From: an uncultured bacterium
GTDB lineage: Bacteria; Abyssobacteria; SURF-5
DNA: 13,568 nucleotides
Assembly: GCA_964510165.1 (NCBI GenBank)
Contig: CAZEBC010000020.1
Coordinates: 1-13,568 of the forward strand
Reading direction: 5' to 3'
The position numbers and the translations under genes were made by a program. The stretch's first letter is position 1, and each line of letters starts with the position of its first letter. Below are positions 5,917-13,560 of the stretch, piece by piece. The notes below the pieces were generated by a model. The model searched no databases, was not told the DNA's origin, and saw only the letters and a list, made by a program, of their open reading frames with translations.

Positions 5917-7473
5917 TTATCCGATCCATCCCTCAGGATTGCGCTGCATCTCGCGTTCCCATCCTTTCATCAGGGCCTCCATCTTCTCCACTATCTCGGG
6001 GTGGTTTCCGGCAAGGTTATAGCTCTCGCCCGGGTCAGTTTCCAGGTTGTAGAGGAGCGGCCATTCGCCCAAACGGCCGCTGGCGCCGCGTCGGCCCATT
6101 TTCTTATTGACCGGCGTAGGATACTTGTAAAGGCTTATCGCGCGATAATACTTCCATTTGCCGACTCTGACCGCCTCAAGCTCGTCGTGGTGATAGAAGT
6201 AAAGCGCCTCATTCGGTGAACTCGTTTCCTCGCCGGAAAGAAGTCCGAAAATATCGCGGCCGTCAATGATCCGGTCCTGCGGCATGCCAAGCCCCGCAAG
6301 CGGCAGACATGTGGGGAAGAAGTCGAGAATCGTCGCCAGTTCCCCGCAGATCGTGCCGCCGGGTATGCGCCCGGGCCACTGGGCAAGCATCGGCACACGG
6401 AATCCGCCTTCAAAGCTTTGGCCCTTTCCACCCCTGAGGCCGTTGGCGCTGCCGTTGTACCACGGGCCGTTGTCGCTCGTGAACACAACGAGCGTATTGT
6501 TCTCAAGATTGTTTGCTCTCAGACATTCCATGACCTGTCCGACGCTCCAATCAAGCTCTTCCACGGCGTCGCCATATATGCCGGCTTTGGATTTGCCCTT
6601 GAATCCGGCCGACGCATGGAGCGGGCGGTGGGGGAAGGTGTGAGGCATGTAGCAGAAGAAGGGCTTGTCCTTCGACTTCTCGATAAAGTTGATCGCCTCT
6701 TGGGTGTAGAGCCCGGTCAGCTTCGCCTGATCCTGTATGTTTTCTTCCAGACATTCTTCATTCCTGTAGAGCGGAAACGGATTCTGCCCGTTGGCGCATG
6801 GCACGCCAAAGAAATACTCGAATCCATGCCTCAAAGGATGATACACCGGCAAAGCGGAGAAATCGCCCAGGTGCCATTTGCCGATAAGCCCGCTGTGATA
6901 ACCGGCAGGCTTGAGCGCCTCGGCAAGGGTCAGCTCATCCACGGGGATGCCTGGTATCTTGCTATCCCTTGACAGATCGGTGAGGCCGAACCGCCCAAGG
7001 ACCTGACCGAAACGGCGAATCGCCTTTTCTCTGGAGGCCTCGTTCTCACCCCACAACGGCCAATCCAATCCCCTTCGTTGAGGATAGCGCCCGGTCAACA
7101 ACCCGAATCGGGCGGGAGAGCACAGAGCATTGCATGAGTAAAAGTCAGTGAAACGAACCCCGTCTTGCGCCATCCGATCGAGGTTCGGCGTCACGATAGC
7201 TTTACTGCCGAAACACGACAAATCGCCATACCCCAGGTCATCGGCATAGATGAAGACGATGTTCGGCCTGGGAGCATGGGGATTAATGATATCGAGGTCG
7301 GTGGGCATATGGGTGGAATCCAGCCCGGCAACAGTAGCGTCGAATGAGTGCGAAGGATTGAGGAACTTGTACGCCCCCGCACCCAACAGGCCGACGCCGC
7401 CCACGGCTGCCGCCGCTACGGCCGACTTCTTGATGAAACTTCTCCGTGTCACATTGTCTTTTTCCGTGCTCAT
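5917..7473 (-). CDS. Tat-exported arylsulfatase A-family (formylglycine-dependent, Cys-type) sulfatase
   Basis: Start at 7473 (AGGAG RBS; MSTEKDNVTRRSFIKK twin-arginine motif followed by a hydrophobic stretch). Motifs: PNIVFIYADDLGYGD, CSPARFGLLTGR (CxPxR), GKWHLG, PHRPL, SDNG, GKGQSFEGGFRVP, LYNLETDPGE. 518 aa. Confidence 0.95.
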   Translation of the reverse strand: MSTEKDNVTRRSFIKKSAVAAAAVGGVGLLGAGAYKFLNPSHSFDATVAGLDSTHMPTDLDIINPHAPRPNIVFIYADDLGYGDLSCFGSKAIVTPNLDRMAQDGVRFTDFYSCNALCSPARFGLLTGRYPQRRGLDWPLWGENEASREKAIRRFGQVLGRFGLTDLSRDSKIPGIPVDELTLAEALKPAGYHSGLIGKWHLGDFSALPVYHPLRHGFEYFFGVPCANGQNPFPLYRNEECLEENIQDQAKLTGLYTQEAINFIEKSKDKPFFCYMPHTFPHRPLHASAGFKGKSKAGIYGDAVEELDWSVGQVMECLRANNLENNTLVVFTSDNGPWYNGSANGLRGGKGQSFEGGFRVPMLAQWPGRIPGGTICGELATILDFFPTCLPLAGLGMPQDRIIDGRDIFGLLSGEETSSPNEALYFYHHDELEAVRVGKWKYYRAISLYKYPTPVNKKMGRRGASGRLGEWPLLYNLETDPGESYNLAGNHPEIVEKMEALMKGWEREMQRNPEGWIG

Positions 7474-7531
7474 TACTCTTCTCCTGTGCGAATAGATTGA
7501 TTCACCGCAACTTTGATGTTCCTCCTCATAT

Positions 7532-7596
7532 TTGATACCATAGAAAACTGGATTTGACAAATGAATTCTTTGTATAGCCCGATAACCAGAGGTTCT
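7532..7596 (-). promoter_or_regulatory. Sulfatase promoter with LysR-type operator sites
   Basis: Minus strand: TTGTCA (7560-7555), 17 nt, TATCAA (7537-7532) preceded by TG-G. A T-N11-A box ATGAATTCTTTGTAT (7561-7575) abuts the -35, and an imperfect dyad ATAACC-AGA-GGTTCT (7582-7596) lies further upstream. This is the classic LTTR activation/recognition site layout. Confidence 0.55.
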
Positions 7597-7597
7597 G

Positions 7598-8536
7598 ATG
7601 CCAAGCGTCGAGTAACTGCAGTATCTCATCAAATTGGCCGACCATGGCAGTTTCAGGCGGGCGGCCGAGGCCGCGTTCATCACCCAGCCAGCCCTCACCA
7701 AAAGCGTAAAGCAGCTTGAGGCCTGGTATGGGGTGCCATTGTTTGACCGGCGCAAAAAGGGTGTCGTGCCCACCCCTTATGGGGAGGTAGTCATCAAGCG
7801 GATTCGCGCGTTGCTCGGAGCATTCGACGCAAGCAAGCGAGACATCCAACTGCTCGCGGGATTGGAAGCGGGCGAACTGCGAATCGGAGTGGCGCCATAC
7901 AGCGCGTCATACGCGCTGCCGGCAGCCCTTTCGAAACTGATCGGCCGGAGTCCCGGAGTGCGCTTTCGCGTCGAGGTCAAGGACCCGAATACACTCATTG
8001 ACATGATTGTCAGGAGCGAGATTGACCTGTATCTCGGGACCATTCACAATATTGACATACCTGAAAACGCAACTATCGTCAATCTGCCCTCTGAAGATAT
8101 TGTTGCATGCTGTCGAAAGAAGCATCCCGCCCTGCGTAAAAAAGAGCTCAAGCCGGTCGACATCTTTCAGTATCCTCTCATCGGGCCGAGCTTCCACATC
8201 CGGTTCGATCGGTTCCTGAGAAACCTGGAGGCATCTACTAAGAAAGGGCTTTCCCTTGCGCTGGAATGTGACGACATCGCCGTGATCCTGAGCATCGTGG
8301 AACAGAGCGATTGCATCAGCGCCCTGCCTCGCAGTGTGCTGCGTCGTGCCGTTAAGCTGGGCGCGTTGGCGGAATTACCCATCAGAACAGGCATAAGGAC
8401 GAATATCGGGGTGGTTCATCTTCGCGAGCGCACGCTCCCCCCGGCCGCTCAGATTCTGGTAGACGAACTCAGAAACGTCCTCGCGGAAGAAACCGACCCC
8501 GAACCCACCGAGTCTCTGAAGAGAAGCAAATCTTAG
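7598..8536 (+). pseudogene. LysR-type transcriptional regulator with an in-frame TAA at codon 6
   Basis: GAGG RBS then ATG 7598: MPSVE*LQYLIKLADHGSFRRAAEAAFITQPALTKSVKQLE...LFDR...PTPYGE. The wHTH and substrate-binding domain are otherwise intact to TAG 8536. Confidence 0.8.
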
Positions 8537-8600
8537 AGAGGCTCAGGCCTAATACTTGAGGCACCATCGAATAAGTTAAGCGGGCAAAGGAAGGACCCGA

Positions 8601-8629
8601 TTGAACACGGCTCATGGCTTTGTTATAAT
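8601..8629 (+). promoter_or_regulatory. Sigma70 promoter of the toxin-antitoxin operon
   Basis: TTGAAC (8601-8606), 17 nt, perfect TATAAT (8624-8629) with extended TG (8621-8622). TTGCGG direct repeats at 8637-8642 and 8649-8654 lie just downstream. Confidence 0.75.
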
Positions 8630-8680
8630 AACCTGATTGCGGACTAATTTGCGGTAAGAATAAATTGAAGGAGTCTGCCG

Positions 8681-8980
8681 ATGAGCCTGCGCATCCAGGT
8701 AAACAGAGAAAAACTCGGCGAATTCTGCCGCAAACACAATATCCGCAAACTTGCGTTCTTCGGGTCAGTGCTCAGGGAAGACTTCGGACCTGACAGCGAC
8801 GTGGACGCGCTTGTGGAGTTCGAACCCGGCAGTGAGCCGGGATTCATGCGCATGGCCCGAATGGAGCGCGAATTGTCCGAGATTATCGGGCGAAGGGCCG
8901 ACATGCGCACGCCGCAGGAGTTGAGCCGATTGTTCCGTGACGAAGTGGTCGCCGCTGCCGAGGTTCAGTATGCCGCATAG
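8681..8980 (+). CDS. mntA: Minimal nucleotidyltransferase antitoxin (MNT, type VII TA)
   Basis: GS-VLREDFGPDS-DVD fits GSX10DXD; 99 aa; AAGGAG RBS; overlaps the downstream HEPN gene. Confidence 0.92.
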   Translation: MSLRIQVNREKLGEFCRKHNIRKLAFFGSVLREDFGPDSDVDALVEFEPGSEPGFMRMARMERELSEIIGRRADMRTPQELSRLFRDEVVAAAEVQYAA

Positions 8981-9290
8981 GGACGATACGGTCCGCCTGT
9001 ATCACATGCTCCAATCGGCCCGCGAGGCGGTCGGTTATGCGAAGGGACGAACCCGAGAAGATTTGGAGAATGATCGCCCACTTGTGCATTCGCTTGTCCG
9101 GTGTCTGGAAATCGTCGGTGAAGCGGCAAACTATGTATCACGGGAGTTTCGTGAAATGAATCCGCAGATAGCATGGTTTGACATGATCGGCATGCGGAAC
9201 CGCCTCATCCACGCATACTTTGATGTCGACCTCGATATTGTCTGGAAAACCGTGAAGGAAGAACTCCCTCCCTTGATCGCCGAACTCTAG
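8970..9290 (+). CDS. hepT: HEPN (DUF86) ribonuclease toxin
   Basis: ATG 8970 overlaps the end of mntA. LEIVGEAA and GMRNRLIHAYFDVDLDIVW (RX4HXY). 106 aa, possibly shortened by 10 aa by the TAG at 9288. Confidence 0.9.
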   Translation: MPHRDDTVRLYHMLQSAREAVGYAKGRTREDLENDRPLVHSLVRCLEIVGEAANYVSREFREMNPQIAWFDMIGMRNRLIHAYFDVDLDIVWKTVKEELPPLIAEL

Positions 9291-9348
9291 CCTGTCCTGG
9301 AGGCCGAGGGCATGACCTGATAATTCAAGCTTGGCAGGAAAGAGCAAG

Positions 9349-9923
9349 ATGTGTCGCTTCATTACCGGAACGATCGGAACCGGAACAAGAATCGAAACGC
9401 TCAATGAAGTGTCGAAGCCGCAAGGCCTGAAATTCGAGCAAATAGTGAATAAGTACGTACAGGCTCAGCTTCCGGAGAATACAATTTATATCTGGCACGT
9501 CATTGTGATTGCGATACCGTTCTCGGATTCATGAACTCTAACGATAATATTCAGGCCGACACGGCCAAAGACACCAAGCGGTTAAAGAAGAAAGGGTGGG
9601 GTGAAGCCAAGATCGAAAAATGGCTCAAGGACAAGGAGCACAAGAGGGAAAGCGCTCTCCTGTCTCGCCAGCCTGAGGCGGAGGAGTGGATAGCCTTCTT
9701 AAGAAGCGCCGTGGGCCATCCGAACATCGGTGAATTCGGACTATTGCTTCATTCTTATGAGACAGGACCCGAACTCGAAAGTTTCAAGTTCAAACGGCAA
9801 CAGATCGTGCCGATCTCCGAAGTGACCCCCGCATTCATCATGGAGCTCGAAGAAGACGTACTTTGCATCTTCGGCAACCTCCAGCGCAAAGCCCCTGAGC
9901 GAGTCCGAAAAAGCTCTCGTTGA
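9349..9923 (+). pseudogene. Cys/His-containing hypothetical protein split by a frameshift near 9487-9491
   Basis: Frame A from ATG 9349 reads MCRFIT...QLPENTIY. Frame B, open from 9453, reads YLARHCDCDTVLGF directly into the 9531 ORF (KKKGWGEAKIEKWL...GLLLHSY). Confidence 0.65.
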
Positions 9924-9936
9924 CCCACGAAATGAT

Positions 9937-10036
9937 CTCTTTGAGAACTCGGCGTCCTCTGTGGTTGAACCTTCTTCGCGTTTTTCCTTTCCCCCTTCCC
10001 CTTTCTCCCCGCGTCCTCTGCGTCTCGGCGGTGAAA
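9937..10036 (+). repeat. Composite short-repeat cluster (two 8-9-mer elements flanking a pyrimidine 7-mer array)
   Basis: CTCGGCGTC-CTCTGTGGTT (9948-9966); TTTTTCC TTTCCCC CTTCCCC TTTCTCC (9981-10008); CCCCGCGTC-CTCTGCGT-CTCGGCGGTGAAA (10007-10036). Confidence 0.65.
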
Positions 10037-10183
10037 TTTCCCGTCCTGTGGCCGCTCCCATAAAACTTTTCCGCCGCTCGTTCGTTTAAGCCGGTAGCAG
10101 TGCTGAAGCGCAACTGGGTGTGCGCGTGATTACGGAAGCGAGGCTTAAAACGAACCGCACGGCTGCCCGTGCAGGAGGACACA

Positions 10184-12583
10184 ATGAGACCAATCGGAAA
10201 AGTGATTATCGTGATACTGCTCATCGTCTTCGCGCTGCCGTTCTCCGCGTTCGGCCAGCAAGGCGAAGCGAACGATGACAAGACGCTGTCACCCTACTTC
10301 TTTGTGCACAGCGACGACCCCTCGGTTGACCAACTGCCGCTCCAGAGCACCCGCGCCGACGTCGAGATCGCGGGTGTCATCGCGAAGGTGCTCGTGACGC
10401 AGGTGTACAAGAACGGCGGCGCGCGCCCGATCGAGGCGACCTATGTGTTCCCCGGCTCAACAAACGCTGCCGTGTTCGGAATGCGGATGACCATCGGCGA
10501 GCGCGTGATCGAGACAAAGATCGAGGAGCGGGAAAAGGCGCGGGCCGACTACGAGCAGGCGAAGGCGGCGGGCAAGAGCGCAACGCTACTCGAACAGCAA
10601 CGGCCCAACGTTTTTCAGATGAACGTCGCCAACATCATGCCCGGCGACATCATCAAGGTCGAACTCAACTATGTGGAACTGCTCGTGCCCGAAGACGGAA
10701 CGTACGAATTTGTGTATCCGACCGTCGTCGGCCCGCGCTACTCGAACATGCCGAGAGAGGACGCATCGGACAGGGACAAATGGGTCGAGAACCCTTACCT
10801 CAGGGAAGGCGAGCCGGAGCCGTTCACATTCGACATCAGGGTTGCGCTCAATTCCGGCATCTCAATCGCGAAGATGACCTGCCCCTCGCACAAGACAAAG
10901 ATCGCGTATGACGGCGCCGCCAGCGCCACGGTAACGCTCGACGACGCCAAGGGCGCAGGCACGAAGGATTTCATCCTGCGCTACAGTCTCGAAGGCGCGA
11001 GAATCCAGTCGGGAGTGCTGCTCTATCCGGGCGAGCAAGAGAAGTTCTTCCTGGTGATGATGGAGCCGCCCGCTCGAGTGACGCAGGCCGCGATTCCGCC
11101 AAGGGAATATATCTTCGTGCTCGACGTGTCCGGCTCGATGCACGGGTTCCCGCTGGACACCGCGAAGACGCTGATCCGCGACCTGATCGGACAACTTCGG
11201 GAAACCGACACGTTCAATGTCGTGCTCTTCTCCGGACGAGCGGCAGTGCTCTCGGAGCGGTCGCTCCCGGCCAACAAGGCCAACATTGACAAGGCGCTGG
11301 ACACGATCGACCGGCAGACTGGCGGGGGCGGGACCGAACTTATCAACGCCCTTCAAACCGCCTTCTCATTGCCCCGGCAGGAGGAGAACGTATCTCGTAC
11401 CACGGTCATAATCACCGACGGCTACGTAAGCTGCGAGGCGGAGGCGTTTGACCTCATTCGCAAGAGTCTCAACAAGTCGAACCTGTTTGCGTTCGGAATC
11501 GGCTCAAGCGTCAACCGGTTCCTCATCGAGGGAATGGCACGCTGCGGCGGGGGAGAGCCGTTCGTAGTGACGCATCCCGACGAGGCCGCGAGCAAGGCCG
11601 AGAAGTTCAGGGAGTATATCCGCGAGCCCGTGCTGACTCAGATCAAGGTCGCCTTCAAGAGCCTGAACGCCTACGACATCGAGCCGATCTCGGTCCCGGA
11701 CGTTCTGGCGAGCCGGCCCGTCATCGTGTTTGGAAAATACAAGGGGACGGCGGCGGGCGTCGTGGAGATTTCCGGCTACACGGCGGCGGGAGCATACACC
11801 GCAAAGCTCGATATCAATCGTGATATGGAGCGGGAATCGAACGCCGCGCTCCGCTACCTGTGGGCCAGGCACCGCATCAAGACGCTCGCCGACTACAACA
11901 GTCTTCGCCCCGACGACGAACGCGTGAAGGAGGTGACCAACCTGGGCTTGACGTACAATCTGCTGACCGATTACACGTCGTTCGTGGCCATAGATTCGCT
12001 GGTCAGAAACACAACGGGCGAAAGCACGAGCGTGGTCCAACCTTTGCCATTGCCCCAGGGCGTATCGAACTATGCCGTCGGCGGCGCGCGCCAGTTCGCA
12101 GCCTGCAAGTCGGCTCCGGCGGTCGAGGCGTGCGAGCCATCTTCCGGGCTTAGTCTATTCAGACCATTGTCGAGAAGCGCCGGTAATGAGCGAAAGGCCG
12201 AGGACAGAGATGTCTTGTATCAGGCGCCTGAAAAGGGCCGCGCTGATGACATAAAGCGGCTCCCGGCCGCGGGCGCAAACGTGAATGAAAATGACAAGGA
12301 TGGTCGGACGGCGTTGATGATCGCGGCGCTGAAGGGGCACACGGAAACCGCGCGGACACTCCTCGAAAGCGGCGCCGACGTCAACGCGCAAGATGATAAG
12401 GGTTACACAGCCTTGATGCACGCCGCTCAGGCCGGCCACGCCGATCTTGTGAGACTTCTGCTGGCAAAGGGCGCAGACTTGAATCTCAAGGGCAAAGACG
12501 GAAAGACAGCTCTGGTGCTCGCGCTGGAGAACGGCAAGACCGAAGTTGTCCGACTGCTCAAAAACGCCGGCGCCAGGCTGTGA
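10184..12583 (+). CDS. Secreted VIT + von Willebrand factor A domain protein with C-terminal ankyrin repeats
   Basis: AGGAGG RBS before ATG 10184; Sec signal MRPIGKVIIVILLIVFALPFSAFG; VIT domain (IEATYVFP, LLEQQRPNVFQMNVANI); vWA MIDAS DVSGS...GGGTE...ITDG; ankyrin repeats GRTALMIAA, GYTALMHAA, GKTALVLA. Confidence 0.93.
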   Translation: MRPIGKVIIVILLIVFALPFSAFGQQGEANDDKTLSPYFFVHSDDPSVDQLPLQSTRADVEIAGVIAKVLVTQVYKNGGARPIEATYVFPGSTNAAVFGMRMTIGERVIETKIEEREKARADYEQAKAAGKSATLLEQQRPNVFQMNVANIMPGDIIKVELNYVELLVPEDGTYEFVYPTVVGPRYSNMPREDASDRDKWVENPYLREGEPEPFTFDIRVALNSGISIAKMTCPSHKTKIAYDGAASATVTLDDAKGAGTKDFILRYSLEGARIQSGVLLYPGEQEKFFLVMMEPPARVTQAAIPPREYIFVLDVSGSMHGFPLDTAKTLIRDLIGQLRETDTFNVVLFSGRAAVLSERSLPANKANIDKALDTIDRQTGGGGTELINALQTAFSLPRQEENVSRTTVIITDGYVSCEAEAFDLIRKSLNKSNLFAFGIGSSVNRFLIEGMARCGGGEPFVVTHPDEAASKAEKFREYIREPVLTQIKVAFKSLNAYDIEPISVPDVLASRPVIVFGKYKGTAAGVVEISGYTAAGAYTAKLDINRDMERESNAALRYLWARHRIKTLADYNSLRPDDERVKEVTNLGLTYNLLTDYTSFVAIDSLVRNTTGESTSVVQPLPLPQGVSNYAVGGARQFAACKSAPAVEACEPSSGLSLFRPLSRSAGNERKAEDRDVLYQAPEKGRADDIKRLPAAGANVNENDKDGRTALMIAALKGHTETARTLLESGADVNAQDDKGYTALMHAAQAGHADLVRLLLAKGADLNLKGKDGKTALVLALENGKTEVVRLLKNAGARL

Positions 12584-12612
12584 AGACCTCCGGTCCATGG
12601 ATGCCGATTGCA

Positions 12613-12643
12613 CTGTGGGGGCGGCTCGCAACCGCCCCTGCAG
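12613..12643. repeat. Degenerate REP hairpin between convergent genes (possible terminator or mRNA stabiliser)
   Basis: CTGTGGGGGCGG-CTCGCAA-CCGCCCCTGCAG, a 12-bp stem with two G-U pairs. GTGG/CTGC resemble GTAG/CTAC. Confidence 0.55.
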
Positions 12644-12704
12644 CCTCTCGGTGTCCTGCGATAATCGGATGTTTGCAGGATGGGAGTCCCGCGCTGCCAT
12701 TCTG

Positions 12705-13499
12705 CTACGGTATGCGCTTGTCCCACTTAAGGAACGCATGCGGCGCGAACTCTGACGGGTCGGCCTCGGCGATCACTTTGCCCCGGCGCATCTTGTTGTT
12801 GCCTCTGGAGTAGATCGCGCCCAGCACTTTCACGACCTCGACCTCACTCCACGGATCGTAGTCGGACGGCTTGAGCACGACCTCGGCCTCGCCTGCCTGG
12901 ACCATGCTCGGATGCAACTCGACCTCTTCCCTGATCAGGCGCGGATTGTAGTCGAACCCCTCGCCGTCGGGCGACGGGAAATGCTTGTAGTTGTACGCGA
13001 TGACCACCGATGTGCCATCGCCGAGCACGTTTGAGAAAATCCGTTTGGCTTCCTCTTCGTTGAATTTGCCGGACAGGTTGGCGCGGACCTCGAAGAACTG
13101 AATGCCCCTGCGCCGCGCCCAGCCCTGGGCATAATCGCCGGCGTGGGTGAGTTCGATGGTTGCAAGCTTCTTCGGATACCCGTATATCTCGCGGCCTGCC
13201 ACGAGCGCCATGTCGTCGGTGACCGACATCGAAAGGCAGTACGCGCCGGTTTCGCCGTTGAATCGGGTCCTCAGGAACAGGGCGCTCTCCCGATAGGTCA
13301 CGCCGAAGTTGGTCTTGGGATAGTGCGCGACAAAGGCGACCGCGAGCGGATGTTCGGCCGGCTTCAGATGAGGCGGCAGCAATCGCTCGACGATCTCGGG
13401 CTTTGTCTCCCACACGACCGTCAGCATTTCAGCGTCATAGAATTCGCCGGTCTCGCGGTGAGCCATTGCTATTTCCTCGGGTGTTTTGATGAAGCTCAT
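12705..13499 (-). CDS. Acetoacetate decarboxylase family (ADC-like) protein
   Basis: YRESALF (conserved Glu) and AGREIYGYPKKLA (Schiff-base Lys motif PKK); AGGGGG RBS upstream of ATG 13499. Confidence 0.9.
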   Translation of the reverse strand: MSFIKTPEEIAMAHRETGEFYDAEMLTVVWETKPEIVERLLPPHLKPAEHPLAVAFVAHYPKTNFGVTYRESALFLRTRFNGETGAYCLSMSVTDDMALVAGREIYGYPKKLATIELTHAGDYAQGWARRRGIQFFEVRANLSGKFNEEEAKRIFSNVLGDGTSVVIAYNYKHFPSPDGEGFDYNPRLIREEVELHPSMVQAGEAEVVLKPSDYDPWSEVEVVKVLGAIYSRGNNKMRRGKVIAEADPSEFAPHAFLKWDKRIP

Positions 13500-13544
13500 G
13501 GTTCATACCCCCTTTATACAACTGTGGCGACGGGTCGGCGGAAA

Positions 13545-13560
13545 GGCAAAGGGAGTGCCT
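13545..13560 (-). promoter_or_regulatory. Sigma-54 (-24/-12) promoter upstream of the ADC-family gene
   Basis: Minus strand AGGCAC-TCCCT-TTGCC, exact GG-N10-GC spacing, against consensus TGGCAC-N5-TTGCW. Predicted TSS near 13534, about 35 nt before the ATG. Confidence 0.55.

Noticed and set aside
5300-5920. CRISPR array
   Set aside because: The hairpins are not copies of one repeat, spacing is irregular, and no cas genes are present.
5289-6219. Short ORFs in the rpoN-sulfatase intergenic region
   Set aside because: They translate repeats or the antisense of the sulfatase; no RBS or motifs, and no RAYT HUH motif was found.
7473-7529. 18-codon minus-strand uORF (MRRNIKVAVNQSIRTGEE) ending in a TAATG overlap with the sulfatase start
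   Set aside because: Its ATG lies only 2 nt downstream of the predicted -10, so it is upstream of the likely TSS, and it has no RBS.
7474-7773. 100-aa N-terminal extension of the sulfatase in the ORF track
   Set aside because: It overlaps the LysR gene and promoter; the RBS and Tat motif place the start at 7473.
7613-9290. Stop-codon reassignment (TAA/TAG read as sense) as the explanation for the internal stops
   Set aside because: TAG ends rpoN, mntA, LysR and other genes at their expected C-termini, and the long genes contain no internal TAA/TAG.
9493-9512. TGGCACGTCATTGTG as a sigma-54 promoter
   Set aside because: No GC at -12 and it lies inside a coding region.
9741-10281. Minus-strand ORFs 9741-10061 and 9838-10281
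   Set aside because: Low-complexity translations of the repeat cluster that overlap real genes on the opposite strand.
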